Part shown: positions 1 to 7,826 of the stretch, piece after piece
Layout: each line of letters opens with the position of its first letter
Numbering within the stretch: the first letter of the stretch is position 1
DNA from: Halobacteriaceae archaeon
GTDB lineage: Archaea; Halobacteriota; Halobacteria; Halobacteriales; Halobacteriaceae
Direction: 5' to 3'
Assembly (NCBI GenBank): GCA_042216675.1
Contig: JBDGTS010000022.1
Location: 1-13,823, forward strand
DNA: 13,823 bases
The notes under the pieces: model-generated
Told to the model about the DNA's origin: nothing
The model's database searches: none
The model's input: the letters and a program-made list of their open reading frames with translations, nothing else
Translations under genes and position numbers: made by a program

Positions 1-2
1 TC

Positions 3-1397
3 GGTGGCAGCGTCAACGAGACCGGGACGCTCCTCGTCGAGGTCACCGCGACCGGCGAGGACGCGTTCCTGAATCAGGTCGCTCACGAGATCGAGGAAGC
101 CCGCGCGATGAAGCCCGGAATCATTCAGCTTGCCGACCGCGTCCTCCGGTACTTCGTCCCGGCCGTCCTGACCATCGCGGCGCTAGCCTTCGCGTTCTGG
201 CTGGTCGCGCCGCTTGCGTGGGGTGCCGGCCCGAACGTCCAGCGCGGGGCGTTCGCCGCCTTGGCCGTCCTCGTCCTCGGGTACCCGTGTGCCCTCGGGA
301 TGGCGACGCCGCTGGCCCTAATTCGCGGCGGCGGGAAGGCCGCAAACCACGGCATTTTGATGCGGAGCGGCGACGCCTTCCAGATCTTCCCCGACGTCGA
401 CCGTATCGTGCTTGACAAGACCGGCACCATCACCGTCGGTGAGCCCGCCGTCAGCGAGATCGTCGCGCTCAACGGTGACGAGGACAACGTGCTGGCGATG
501 GCGGCGAGCGCGGAGGCGTTCTCGGAACACCCCCTCGCTGACGCTATTCTCGACCGCGCCGACGAGTGGGGTGTGGCGTACGCCGACCCCGAGGCGTTCG
601 ACTCCGTCACGGGCAAGGGCGTCCGGGCGACCGTGGACGGCGACGATGTACTGGTCGGCAAGCCGGGCTGGCTCGCGGACGAGGGCATCGACCTCTCTTA
701 TGTGGCCGAAGAGGTCGAGCGCCTCCAGCACCACGGCCTTACGGTCTCGGGCGTTGTCCGAGACGGCGACCTCGTGGGCCTGATCGGGATCGGCGACGAG
801 ATCAAGGCCGACGCCGCCGCGACCGTCCGACGAACGCACAACGCCGGGATCACGCCCGTGATGATCACCGGCGACAACGAGCGCACTGCGGAGGCGGTCG
901 CCGAGGAGGTGGGGATCGACCGCGTGATGGCCGACGTGCTGCCCGACGAGAAGCGCGAGGAGATCGGTCGCCTGCAGGACGAGGGCCATCGGGTGGCGAT
1001 GGTCGGTGACGGCATCAACGACGCGCCCGCGCTCACGCAGGCGGACATCGGCATCGCCATCGGGGCGGGAACGGACATCGCCATCGAGTCCGCCGACATC
1101 GTACTGATGGGCGAGCGACTCGGCGGCGTGATGGACGCCTACGAGATCGGCGAGGAGAGCTACCGGAAGACCCGCCAGAATCTCGGTGCGGCGTTCGCGT
1201 TCAACGGCATCGGCGTCGCAGCGGCGACGACAGGCCTCGTCCACCCGGTGTTCGCGATGATTGCGATGGTGCTGTCCGTGTCGTCGGTACTGGCCAACAG
1301 CTTCGCGGGGCAGTTGCTCTCGGGGGAGGGTGTCAACACGGAGTTCGCCGTGGAAGATGACAGAGAAACGGGAGTCGCCGAGACGCCGGCCGATTAG
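3..1397 (+). CDS. Heavy-metal translocating P1B-type ATPase (CopA-like), 5' truncated by window edge
   Basis: The frame is open from position 3 (GGSVNETGTLLVEVTATGEDAFLNQV..., actuator-domain end), so ATG 108 is internal. Motifs: YPCALGMATP, phosphorylation site DKTGT, SEHPL, TGKG, TGDN, MVGDGINDAPAL. Confidence 0.95.
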   Translation, partial: GGSVNETGTLLVEVTATGEDAFLNQVAHEIEEARAMKPGIIQLADRVLRYFVPAVLTIAALAFAFWLVAPLAWGAGPNVQRGAFAALAVLVLGYPCALGMATPLALIRGGGKAANHGILMRSGDAFQIFPDVDRIVLDKTGTITVGEPAVSEIVALNGDEDNVLAMAASAEAFSEHPLADAILDRADEWGVAYADPEAFDSVTGKGVRATVDGDDVLVGKPGWLADEGIDLSYVAEEVERLQHHGLTVSGVVRDGDLVGLIGIGDEIKADAAATVRRTHNAGITPVMITGDNERTAEAVAEEVGIDRVMADVLPDEKREEIGRLQDEGHRVAMVGDGINDAPALTQADIGIAIGAGTDIAIESADIVLMGERLGGVMDAYEIGEESYRKTRQNLGAAFAFNGIGVAAATTGLVHPVFAMIAMVLSVSSVLANSFAGQLLSGEGVNTEFAVEDDRETGVAETPAD

Positions 1398-1600
1398 GCC
1401 GTGACCTCGTAACCGGCCTGTTCGATCGCGGCGTGGATGTCGTCGTCGGTGACCGAGTCTCCGGCGACGACTTCGACGGTGTCAGCCTCGTGGTCGGCCT
1501 CCACGCGATTCACGCCGTCGAGGGTCTTGAGGGCGTTCGTGACGGTCTGTTCGCACCCGGTACACGACAGTCCCGTGACAGAGATCGTTTTTCGTTCCAT
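1394..1600 (-). CDS. copZ: Heavy-metal-associated (HMA) domain metallochaperone, CopZ-like, 68 aa
   Basis: MERKTISVTGLSCTGCEQTVTNAL...IEQAGYEV has the GxxCxxC motif and the C-terminal GY of HMA domains. The start is placed at ATG 1600 rather than 1648 because the domain begins there. Confidence 0.9.
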   Translation of the reverse strand: MERKTISVTGLSCTGCEQTVTNALKTLDGVNRVEADHEADTVEVVAGDSVTDDDIHAAIEQAGYEVTA

Positions 1601-1840
1601 ACGTGTCACTTGTGATGGCTGACCTAAGGCTATTACGATGGTTGTCATAGCGGGATGAGAATATCGGTATTGCAGTTAACCTCGTCATCTCCTTCACGGA
1701 CTATGGAAACCTCCTGCACAGATTTTGTCGCTCGCAATTACACTGGCGGGTCGCGGTACGGCTGACGCGGTCCCGAGACGGGGAGACTGTTCGGGGGCAC
1801 AATACTTTAGGCGGGACGAGTTGGATTTAATACACTTCCG

Positions 1841-2614
1841 ATGAGGGACGCCACCCCGGCGCGACTCGCCGCCGTCCTGTGTGTACTCGTCGGCGTTGCG
1901 CTCCTCCTGAGTTCGGCGTGGCTCGTCCCACACGCCGGGAAAGACGCGTGCCGCAACCGGGTCGAACGACAGACCCCCGACCCGGCGTTTCCCGCCGACG
2001 AGCACCTCGACTATTCGGCGCTGTCACCGGACGCGAGGGCCGTGTTCGACGCCGCCCGGCACTCGCCGGACGGCACTGTCACTGTCTACGGTGACGACTG
2101 CCCCGAACAGTTCAACTACTACGGCGACGTCGCCACCCACTACGCCATCGACCGCAACGACACGACGTATCGACTGGTGACCCGCGGGTCCGGATTCGCG
2201 GTGCTTCCGTGGTCGCTCGCGCTCAGTTGGGCACTGGCGCTCACCGGCCTCGCCGTGGGCGTCGTCGGTGTTCGGTCGGCGCGCGCCGGGCGCACGATGG
2301 CGCCGGCCCTCTTCGCCGGACTCGGAGCGCTCACGCTGGGGATAGCCGCCGTCAGTGCTTTCCCCGCAAAGCTCTGGATGGTCGCGGTGCTCGTGGCCGC
2401 GTGCTGTGGCGCGGGCGCCGTCAGCCGGCGGCGCCCCGCGCTGGTGACTGGGTCCCTCCTCGTCCCGGCGGCGACTGGCTGGTTCCTCCTCGTCGACGGA
2501 GGCGTCGGACCGCACACGGCAGTCTCGGCGAGGCTATTCGTCGGGGTTCTGGTGATACTCCCGCTGTTGGTCCGCATCGGTGCGGAAGCGAGTGCGGCCG
2601 TCAATCGAGAGTAG
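1841..2614 (+). CDS. Hypothetical membrane protein (N-terminal TM, ~90 aa soluble loop with two Cys, about 5 C-terminal TM segments)
   Basis: 257 aa ORF after an AT-rich gap, with hydrophobic segments. The loop DYSALSPDARAVFDAAR...CPEQF resembles a small domain I associate with uncharacterised haloarchaeal surface proteins. No function recognised. Confidence 0.7.
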   Translation: MRDATPARLAAVLCVLVGVALLLSSAWLVPHAGKDACRNRVERQTPDPAFPADEHLDYSALSPDARAVFDAARHSPDGTVTVYGDDCPEQFNYYGDVATHYAIDRNDTTYRLVTRGSGFAVLPWSLALSWALALTGLAVGVVGVRSARAGRTMAPALFAGLGALTLGIAAVSAFPAKLWMVAVLVAACCGAGAVSRRRPALVTGSLLVPAATGWFLLVDGGVGPHTAVSARLFVGVLVILPLLVRIGAEASAAVNRE

Positions 2615-2629
2615 CGTGCGTCGGGTGAG

Positions 2630-4576
2630 TCAGAGGCCCCAGAACACGGAGATGCCGCCGACGATGACCACCGAGAGGAGCAACTGGAGGGGCGCGCCGA
2701 TGCGCGTGTAGTCCGTGAACTTGTAGCCGCCGGGGCCGTAGACGAAGAGGTTCGTCTGGTAGCCGATGGGGCCGAGGAACGCCATCGACGCGGCGAACGT
2801 GACCGTCAGCACGAACGCGAAGGGGTTCGCGTCGATGCGCGTCGCCGCCTCGATGGCCACGGGAATCATCAACACGACGCTGGCGTTGTTCGAGATGACC
2901 TCCGTGATGAGGCCGGTGCCGATGTAGAACACCCACAGGACGCCGATGGTCGGCAACACCACCGAGGTGGCGGCCACGAGGGCACCCAGAATCTCGGCGC
3001 CGCCGGTCTGTTCGAGGGCCATCCCGAGCGGAATCACGCCCGCGAGCAGGAAGATGACGTCCCACTCGACGCCGTCGTACAGTTCGTTCGGCTTGATGAC
3101 GCCGGTGAGCACCATCGCGACGACCCCCGCGAGCGCGCTGACGAGGATGGGGAACTGGAGGCCGCCCAACACCGCCAGCGCGCCGATGCCGGTGGCGCCG
3201 ACGAGCAGGTCCGCGATGGCGTCGAAGGGGAGCGCCGCGAACGCGACGACGCCGGCCATGATGCCCGCCGCGTGGGGAATCTTCTCAGTGCGGTAGTCCG
3301 GAGACTCTGGCTCGTGGGCGACGATGAAGTCGTCGTTGCGCGAGAGGCGGTCGATGCTGTCGGGCGGCGCCTGAATCAGGAGCGTGTCGCCCACGCGGAT
3401 ACGGCGCCTGTCGAGTCGCTCCCGAATCGTCTCCCCGCGGGACCGGAACGCCAGCACCGTCGCGTCGTAGCGCTGGCGGAACGTCGAACTCCGGAGCGTC
3501 TCCCCGACGAGGTGCGACCCGCGAGGGACGACGACTTCCACCAGCGTCTGCTCGTCGATGCGGTCCGGTTCGAGTTCCGACTCCTCCGTCGGGTGGCCCG
3601 CCATCGTCAGCGTCTCCTGTTCGGCGAGGCGTTCGAGCGTCTCGCGGTTCGCGCGCAGTCGCAACACGTCGTCGGCCTGAATCTGCTTGTTGCCGATTGG
3701 TTCGATGAACTCCTCGCCGTCACGGACCACCTGCACGATGTCGGCGTCGAACTCGCTCCCGTCGATGGCCGCCTCGACGGTGTTGCCGACGAAGTGCGAG
3801 TCCTCGTCGACGACGACTTCAGTGAGGTACTCCTCGATGGCGTACTCGCCGATGTAATCCTCTTCGGCGGGGATGCGCTCGGGGAGGAGCCGGTGTCCCA
3901 CGAAGTAGAGGTACGCGCTCCCGACGACGAGGACGATGACGCCGAGTTTCGTGAACTCGAACATCGAGAAGGGGTGCCCCAGCAGGCGTCCCGACACGTC
4001 GCTCGCGAGGATGTTCGTCGAGGTGCCGATGAGCGTCAGCATCCCGCCGAGCATCGAGGCGTAGGAGAGCGGAATCAGGAGCTTCGACGGCGAGGTGTTG
4101 CCCTTGTGCGCCAAGTCGCTGATGACGGGGACGAGGACGGCCACGACGGGCGTGTTGTTCACGAACCCCGAGATTGGGCCCGCGACGCCGATGGTGGCGA
4201 GCAACTGCCTGTCGAGGCTGTCGCCAGCGAACGCGGCCATCTTCCGGCCGAGTATCTGGACGATGCCCGTCCGGCTGATGCCGGAACTGAGGATGAGCAT
4301 CGCCAGCACTGTGACGGTCGCGGGCGAGGAGAACCCGGAGATGCCCTCCGCGGTGGAGATGTGCGTGTAGTTGACGACGCCGTCCGAGCCAAAGACCATC
4401 AACAGCACCATCACGAGAATGGCCGTGACGTCGACGGGGAGCCACTCGGTGACGAACAGCACCAGTGCGACGAGGATGACACAGAAGACGGCGATCACGT
4501 CGGTCGTCACCGGCGGGATGGCGCCGGTCTGGCTCAGCGTCGTCGCGAGGACGTCGGAGAGATGCTGTGGGGTCAT
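2630..4576 (-). CDS. SLC13/DASS-family permease with two TrkA-C (RCK_C) domains (anion/di-tricarboxylate transporter)
   Basis: 648 aa. Motifs SGFVNNTPVV, LLIPLSYASMLGGMLTLIGTSTN, EVISNNAS and PIGYQTNLFVYGPGGYKFTDY. The central hydrophilic region has two EVVV..S..VG.T repeats typical of TrkA-C. Confidence 0.92.
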   Translation of the reverse strand: MTPQHLSDVLATTLSQTGAIPPVTTDVIAVFCVILVALVLFVTEWLPVDVTAILVMVLLMVFGSDGVVNYTHISTAEGISGFSSPATVTVLAMLILSSGISRTGIVQILGRKMAAFAGDSLDRQLLATIGVAGPISGFVNNTPVVAVLVPVISDLAHKGNTSPSKLLIPLSYASMLGGMLTLIGTSTNILASDVSGRLLGHPFSMFEFTKLGVIVLVVGSAYLYFVGHRLLPERIPAEEDYIGEYAIEEYLTEVVVDEDSHFVGNTVEAAIDGSEFDADIVQVVRDGEEFIEPIGNKQIQADDVLRLRANRETLERLAEQETLTMAGHPTEESELEPDRIDEQTLVEVVVPRGSHLVGETLRSSTFRQRYDATVLAFRSRGETIRERLDRRRIRVGDTLLIQAPPDSIDRLSRNDDFIVAHEPESPDYRTEKIPHAAGIMAGVVAFAALPFDAIADLLVGATGIGALAVLGGLQFPILVSALAGVVAMVLTGVIKPNELYDGVEWDVIFLLAGVIPLGMALEQTGGAEILGALVAATSVVLPTIGVLWVFYIGTGLITEVISNNASVVLMIPVAIEAATRIDANPFAFVLTVTFAASMAFLGPIGYQTNLFVYGPGGYKFTDYTRIGAPLQLLLSVVIVGGISVFWGL

Positions 4577-4726
4577 CGGTCAGTCGGCGCCGAGATGTCG
4601 CTGTGGGTGCCAGTCGGGAGGGAGTGATAAAAGCGCGGTGGAGTGCCGCGACTATAGAGGGCTCCGGAGGCCTCGGGTGCCCTCATAGTAACCGATTACA
4701 GGGGACGGCGACACCCTCCGCGTGGA

Positions 4727-5392
4727 ATGACTGAGACGGAACCGCCGGCGTTCGCCACGCGGGTCGCGACGCTCTCGGAGCGGTATCTCGAAGCGGTGCT
4801 CGGATGCGTTCGCGCCCTGCGGACGGGTATCGACGACTACCTCGCGGGCGAGGCATTCGACGCGGCCGCGAGTCGAGTGGCTGCACTCGAAGGTGACTGT
4901 GACGACGCACTTCGGGACGTGCGGGAAGCAGTCGTCGGGATGCCCCCGTCGTTCTCGAACCTGTATCTCCGGCCGGGCGAGGCGGTGACGTTCTTCGACC
5001 GGGCCGACGAAATCGCGAACCGCGCGGAGGCGCTCGCGGACGACGTTCGGGTGATGGAGCCGTCGCTCGGCCCCGTGGACGGCAACGTCTCCGTCATCGC
5101 CGAGGAGATCGTGGCGATGACGGAGACGCTCTCGGAGGCCGCGGCGCTCCACTTCGCGGACCCCACCGGCCCCGGCGCGGCTGAGGAGATTCGACCGCTC
5201 GTCGGCGAGATTCGGGAGCGCGAGCGGCGCTGTGATCGGGAGCGCGAGGCCGCTCTCGAAGCGGTCTTCGCCGACGGTCCCACCGCGGCGGCGCTGGCGA
5301 CCCGAGAGGTGATCGTCGCGCTCGACGGCGTGGCCGACGCCGTCGAGGACGCCGCTGACCACCTCATCTACGTCGAGCAGGTGGCGCGCTGA
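4727..5392 (+). CDS. DUF47 / PhoU-like phosphate transport regulator family protein
   Basis: 221 aa helical acidic protein with repeated LEGDCD / ERRCD and DEIANRAE / DGVADAVEDAAD patterns characteristic of DUF47. Confidence 0.75.
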   Translation: MTETEPPAFATRVATLSERYLEAVLGCVRALRTGIDDYLAGEAFDAAASRVAALEGDCDDALRDVREAVVGMPPSFSNLYLRPGEAVTFFDRADEIANRAEALADDVRVMEPSLGPVDGNVSVIAEEIVAMTETLSEAAALHFADPTGPGAAEEIRPLVGEIRERERRCDREREAALEAVFADGPTAAALATREVIVALDGVADAVEDAADHLIYVEQVAR

Positions 5393-5410
5393 GCCGGAAC
5401 GGCAGTCTTT

Positions 5411-5424
5411 TTAGGCCAACCTAA
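5411..5424. promoter_or_regulatory. Palindromic operator TTAGGCCAACCTAA (DtxR/SirR/MntR-type box), copy 1
   Basis: TTAGG-N4-CCTAA with perfect 5-bp arms, upstream of the GT75 gene. The motif recurs four times, only in intergenic gaps. Confidence 0.85.
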
Positions 5425-5436
5425 TCGCCAGTCTTT

Positions 5437-5450
5437 TTAGGTTGCCCTAA
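5437..5450. promoter_or_regulatory. Palindromic operator TTAGGTTGCCCTAA, copy 2, overlapping putative TATA element TTTTTA (5434-5439)
   Basis: TTAGG-N4-CCTAA at -31..-18 from ATG 5468. Confidence 0.85.
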
Positions 5451-5467
5451 AGAATGTGGGGCAACCG

Positions 5468-6628
5468 ATGACAGACATCTGCGTCGTGGTTCCGACGGTC
5501 AGGAACCCGGACTGCGTCCGCGAGTACGCCGAGAACGCGCGCCGCCACGGCTTCGACACCGACCGCCTCCACGTCGTTCTCGTGACCGAGGACTTCTGTG
5601 ACGCCGACGCTATGCGGGAGATGCTCGCCGACGAGGGGCTCTCCGGTCGCGTCTTCGACGGCGAGGCGCGCACGGCGTGGTTCGAGGAACAGGGCCTCGC
5701 CGACTACGACCACCTCGTGCCGGCGGCGAGTCACGCCCAGACGAGTTTCGGCCTGCTCTACATGTGGGCCGGCGACTACGAGTACGGCGTCTTCATCGAC
5801 GACGACACCGCGCCTCACGCCGAGGACGACTTCTTCGGGACGCACATGGCGAACCTCGCCTACGAGGGCGACGTCGAGACGGTGCGCTCCGACGAGCAGT
5901 GGGTCAACGTCCTCTACCAGACGGACACGGACCTCTACCCGCGGGGCTACCCCTACGCGGCGATGGACGAGACGGTGGAGACGGAGTCAGGACACGTCGA
6001 GAGCGTCGTCGCGTCGCAGGGCCTCTGGACGAACGTTCCGGACCTCGACGCCGTGCGCATCCTGATGGACGGCGACCTGCAGGGACAGGCGGAGACGCGC
6101 CTCGACCGCGACGACTTCGGCCCGGACTTCGTCGCCGACAGGGGGCAGTATCTCACCGTCTGCTCGATGAACCTCGCGTTCCGCCGCGAGGTCATCCCCG
6201 CGTTCTACCAACTGCCGATGGACGACAACGAGTGGGAGGTGGGCCGTTTCGACGACATCTGGTCGGGCGTGTTCCTCAAGCGGGCAGCCGACGTCGTGGG
6301 CGACCAGATTCTCACGGGCGGCCCCCTCTGTGAGCACAACAAGGCGCCGCGCTCCACCTTCGACGACCTGCACAACGAGGTGGCGGGCCTCGAACTCAAC
6401 GAACACCTCTGGGAAGTCGTCGACGACGTGGACCCCGACGTGTCCGGGTCCGGCGCGGACGCCTACGCCACCGTCTTCCGCGCGATGGCCGACGCACTCG
6501 CCGAAGGCGACTGGGCCGAGTACACCAACGGCGCCTTCTTCACCCACGTCGGCGAGTACATGCACGACTGGCTGGACTGTCTGGACGCCATCGGGGCGCG
6601 GCGCCCCGCCCCCGTCGCCGACGACTGA
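5468..6628 (+). CDS. GT75 / reversibly glycosylated polypeptide (RGP, UDP-arabinopyranose mutase-like; often annotated alpha-1,4-glucan-protein synthase)
   Basis: Motifs FIDDD, RGYP, SQGLWTNVPDLDA, CSMNLAFRRE and GRFDDIWSG parallel plant RGP motifs (TIDDD, RGYP, SHGLWLNIPDYDA, CGMNLAFDRE, GRYDDMWAG, recalled from memory). ATG 5468 is preferred over GTG 5456. Confidence 0.88.
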   Translation: MTDICVVVPTVRNPDCVREYAENARRHGFDTDRLHVVLVTEDFCDADAMREMLADEGLSGRVFDGEARTAWFEEQGLADYDHLVPAASHAQTSFGLLYMWAGDYEYGVFIDDDTAPHAEDDFFGTHMANLAYEGDVETVRSDEQWVNVLYQTDTDLYPRGYPYAAMDETVETESGHVESVVASQGLWTNVPDLDAVRILMDGDLQGQAETRLDRDDFGPDFVADRGQYLTVCSMNLAFRREVIPAFYQLPMDDNEWEVGRFDDIWSGVFLKRAADVVGDQILTGGPLCEHNKAPRSTFDDLHNEVAGLELNEHLWEVVDDVDPDVSGSGADAYATVFRAMADALAEGDWAEYTNGAFFTHVGEYMHDWLDCLDAIGARRPAPVADD

Positions 6629-6647
6629 ATCGGTGCCTTTTTGGGTT

Positions 6648-6661
6648 TTAGGCCGACCTAA
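6648..6661. promoter_or_regulatory. Palindromic operator TTAGGCCGACCTAA, copy 3
   Basis: Lies in the 40-bp gap between the GT75 stop and ATG 6669 (-21..-8), downstream of a T-run at 6638-6642 (candidate TATA element or terminator). Confidence 0.85.
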
Positions 6662-6668
6662 TCCAAAT

Positions 6669-7826
6669 ATGACTCAGGACTCCGCGTTCGGACGACGCGC
6701 GCTCCTCCGCACCGTCGGTGCCGGCGCCGTCGCCGGACTGGCTGGCTGCTCCATTCCGGGAACCAACGGCGGCGGGGACGGCGCGGCCGACATCCCCTCA
6801 CTGACGAACTTCCGTGGCTCCGGGCCGCTGGCGTCCGGGCGTCCCCAACCCGGTGGCACTTCCATCGAGGAGTTGCCGGCGCTGGAGGGCGAACTCAACC
6901 TCGCCATCGGCGGCGGCGAGGGCGGCATCTACTCGAACTTCGTCGACCAGCTCCAGCAGATCTACCCCGACTTCACGGTGTACACGAACTCCGGCGCCTC
7001 CTCGTCGTTGGCCCAGACGCTCGTACAGGAGGTCGAGGCAGGCCAACCGTCGGCGGACGTGTTCTGGTCCATCGACGCCGGCTCGCTGGCCTACGTGACG
7101 AACCACGACGCGTACGCGTCGCTGTCGAGTGACGTGACTGAGCCCGTGCCCGCGGAGTTCCACGGCGAGGAGGACTCGTGGGTCGGCGTCACCGGTCGGG
7201 CGCGAGCGGTACCGTACAACACGAACAAACTCAGCGCGTCGGACATCCCCGACAAGGTACAGGAGTTCCCCGAGACGGCGGCCCTACAGGGAACGATGGG
7301 CTGGGCGCCAACCTACGGGGCGTTCAAGTCCTTCGTCACGGCGATGCGCCTCCTCCGCGGGCCGGAGCAGACCAAGCAGTGGCTCGTCGATATGAGGAAG
7401 GCCGGCACCAAGCGGTTCCCCAACGAGTACGTCGTGTCGAGTCAGGTCGCCGACGGTGCGCTGGCGGCTGGCTTCGCCAACCACTACTACGCCATGCGCG
7501 TGAAGAACCGCCGCCCCGACGCGCCCATCGACCTCGCGTTCACGACGGGCGACGCGGGCGCACTCGTCAACGTCGCCGGCACGCTGATCCCCCGTGGGTC
7601 GGGCAAGCAGGACCTCGCGGAGCTGTTCATCCGCCACCTGCTCTCCGCGGAGGCACAGGAGTTCTTCGCCACCGTGAGCTTCGCCTACCCGATGATCGAA
7701 GGCGTCGACCCGGTGGCCGGCCTGCCGCCGGTGACGGAACTCAATCCGCCGGAAATCGACCTCTCGAAGCTCTCCGACATCCAGCCGACCCTCGAGTTGA
7801 TGCGTGAGGCCGGCGTGGAGGGATGA
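6669..7826 (+). CDS. Fe3+-type ABC transporter substrate-binding lipoprotein (FbpA/FutA/SfuA-like), Tat-exported
   Basis: True start at ATG 6669: MTQDSAFGRRALLRTVGAGAVAGLAGC (twin-arginine plus lipobox). Family motifs ADVFWS.DAG, WVGVTGRAR..YN, FVTAM and NHYY (tandem Tyr iron ligands, 7479-7490). Confidence 0.9.
   Translation: MTQDSAFGRRALLRTVGAGAVAGLAGCSIPGTNGGGDGAADIPSLTNFRGSGPLASGRPQPGGTSIEELPALEGELNLAIGGGEGGIYSNFVDQLQQIYPDFTVYTNSGASSSLAQTLVQEVEAGQPSADVFWSIDAGSLAYVTNHDAYASLSSDVTEPVPAEFHGEEDSWVGVTGRARAVPYNTNKLSASDIPDKVQEFPETAALQGTMGWAPTYGAFKSFVTAMRLLRGPEQTKQWLVDMRKAGTKRFPNEYVVSSQVADGALAAGFANHYYAMRVKNRRPDAPIDLAFTTGDAGALVNVAGTLIPRGSGKQDLAELFIRHLLSAEAQEFFATVSFAYPMIEGVDPVAGLPPVTELNPPEIDLSKLSDIQPTLELMREAGVEG

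Larger units (their letters stand above)
5403..5450 (+). repeat. Tandem direct repeat CAGTCTTTTTAGG-N4-CCTAA, 2 copies, 26-bp period
   Basis: 5403-5424 cagtctttttaggccaacctaa versus 5429-5450 cagtctttttaggttgccctaa. The copies are identical except for the 4-bp spacer. Confidence 0.9.

Noticed and set aside
1807-1820. TTAGG half-site upstream of the hypothetical gene (another at 1394-1398)
   Set aside because: No matching CCTAA arm at the 4-bp spacing. The 1394 copy is just the overlapping stop codons.
1694-2005. 103-aa minus-strand ORF spanning the AT-rich gap
   Set aside because: It has basic, non-halophilic composition and no motif, and it overlaps the better supported 1841-2614 gene.
5403-5450. 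Possible mini-CRISPR or IS terminal repeat
   Set aside because: There are only two units separated by 4 bp, with no spacers and no cas or transposase gene. Tandem operators explain it better.
6330-6668. 113-aa Ser/Thr/Pro-rich N-terminal extension of the binding-protein ORF
   Set aside because: It is an off-frame read of the GT75 gene. The Tat/lipobox signal begins at ATG 6669, directly after the operator.
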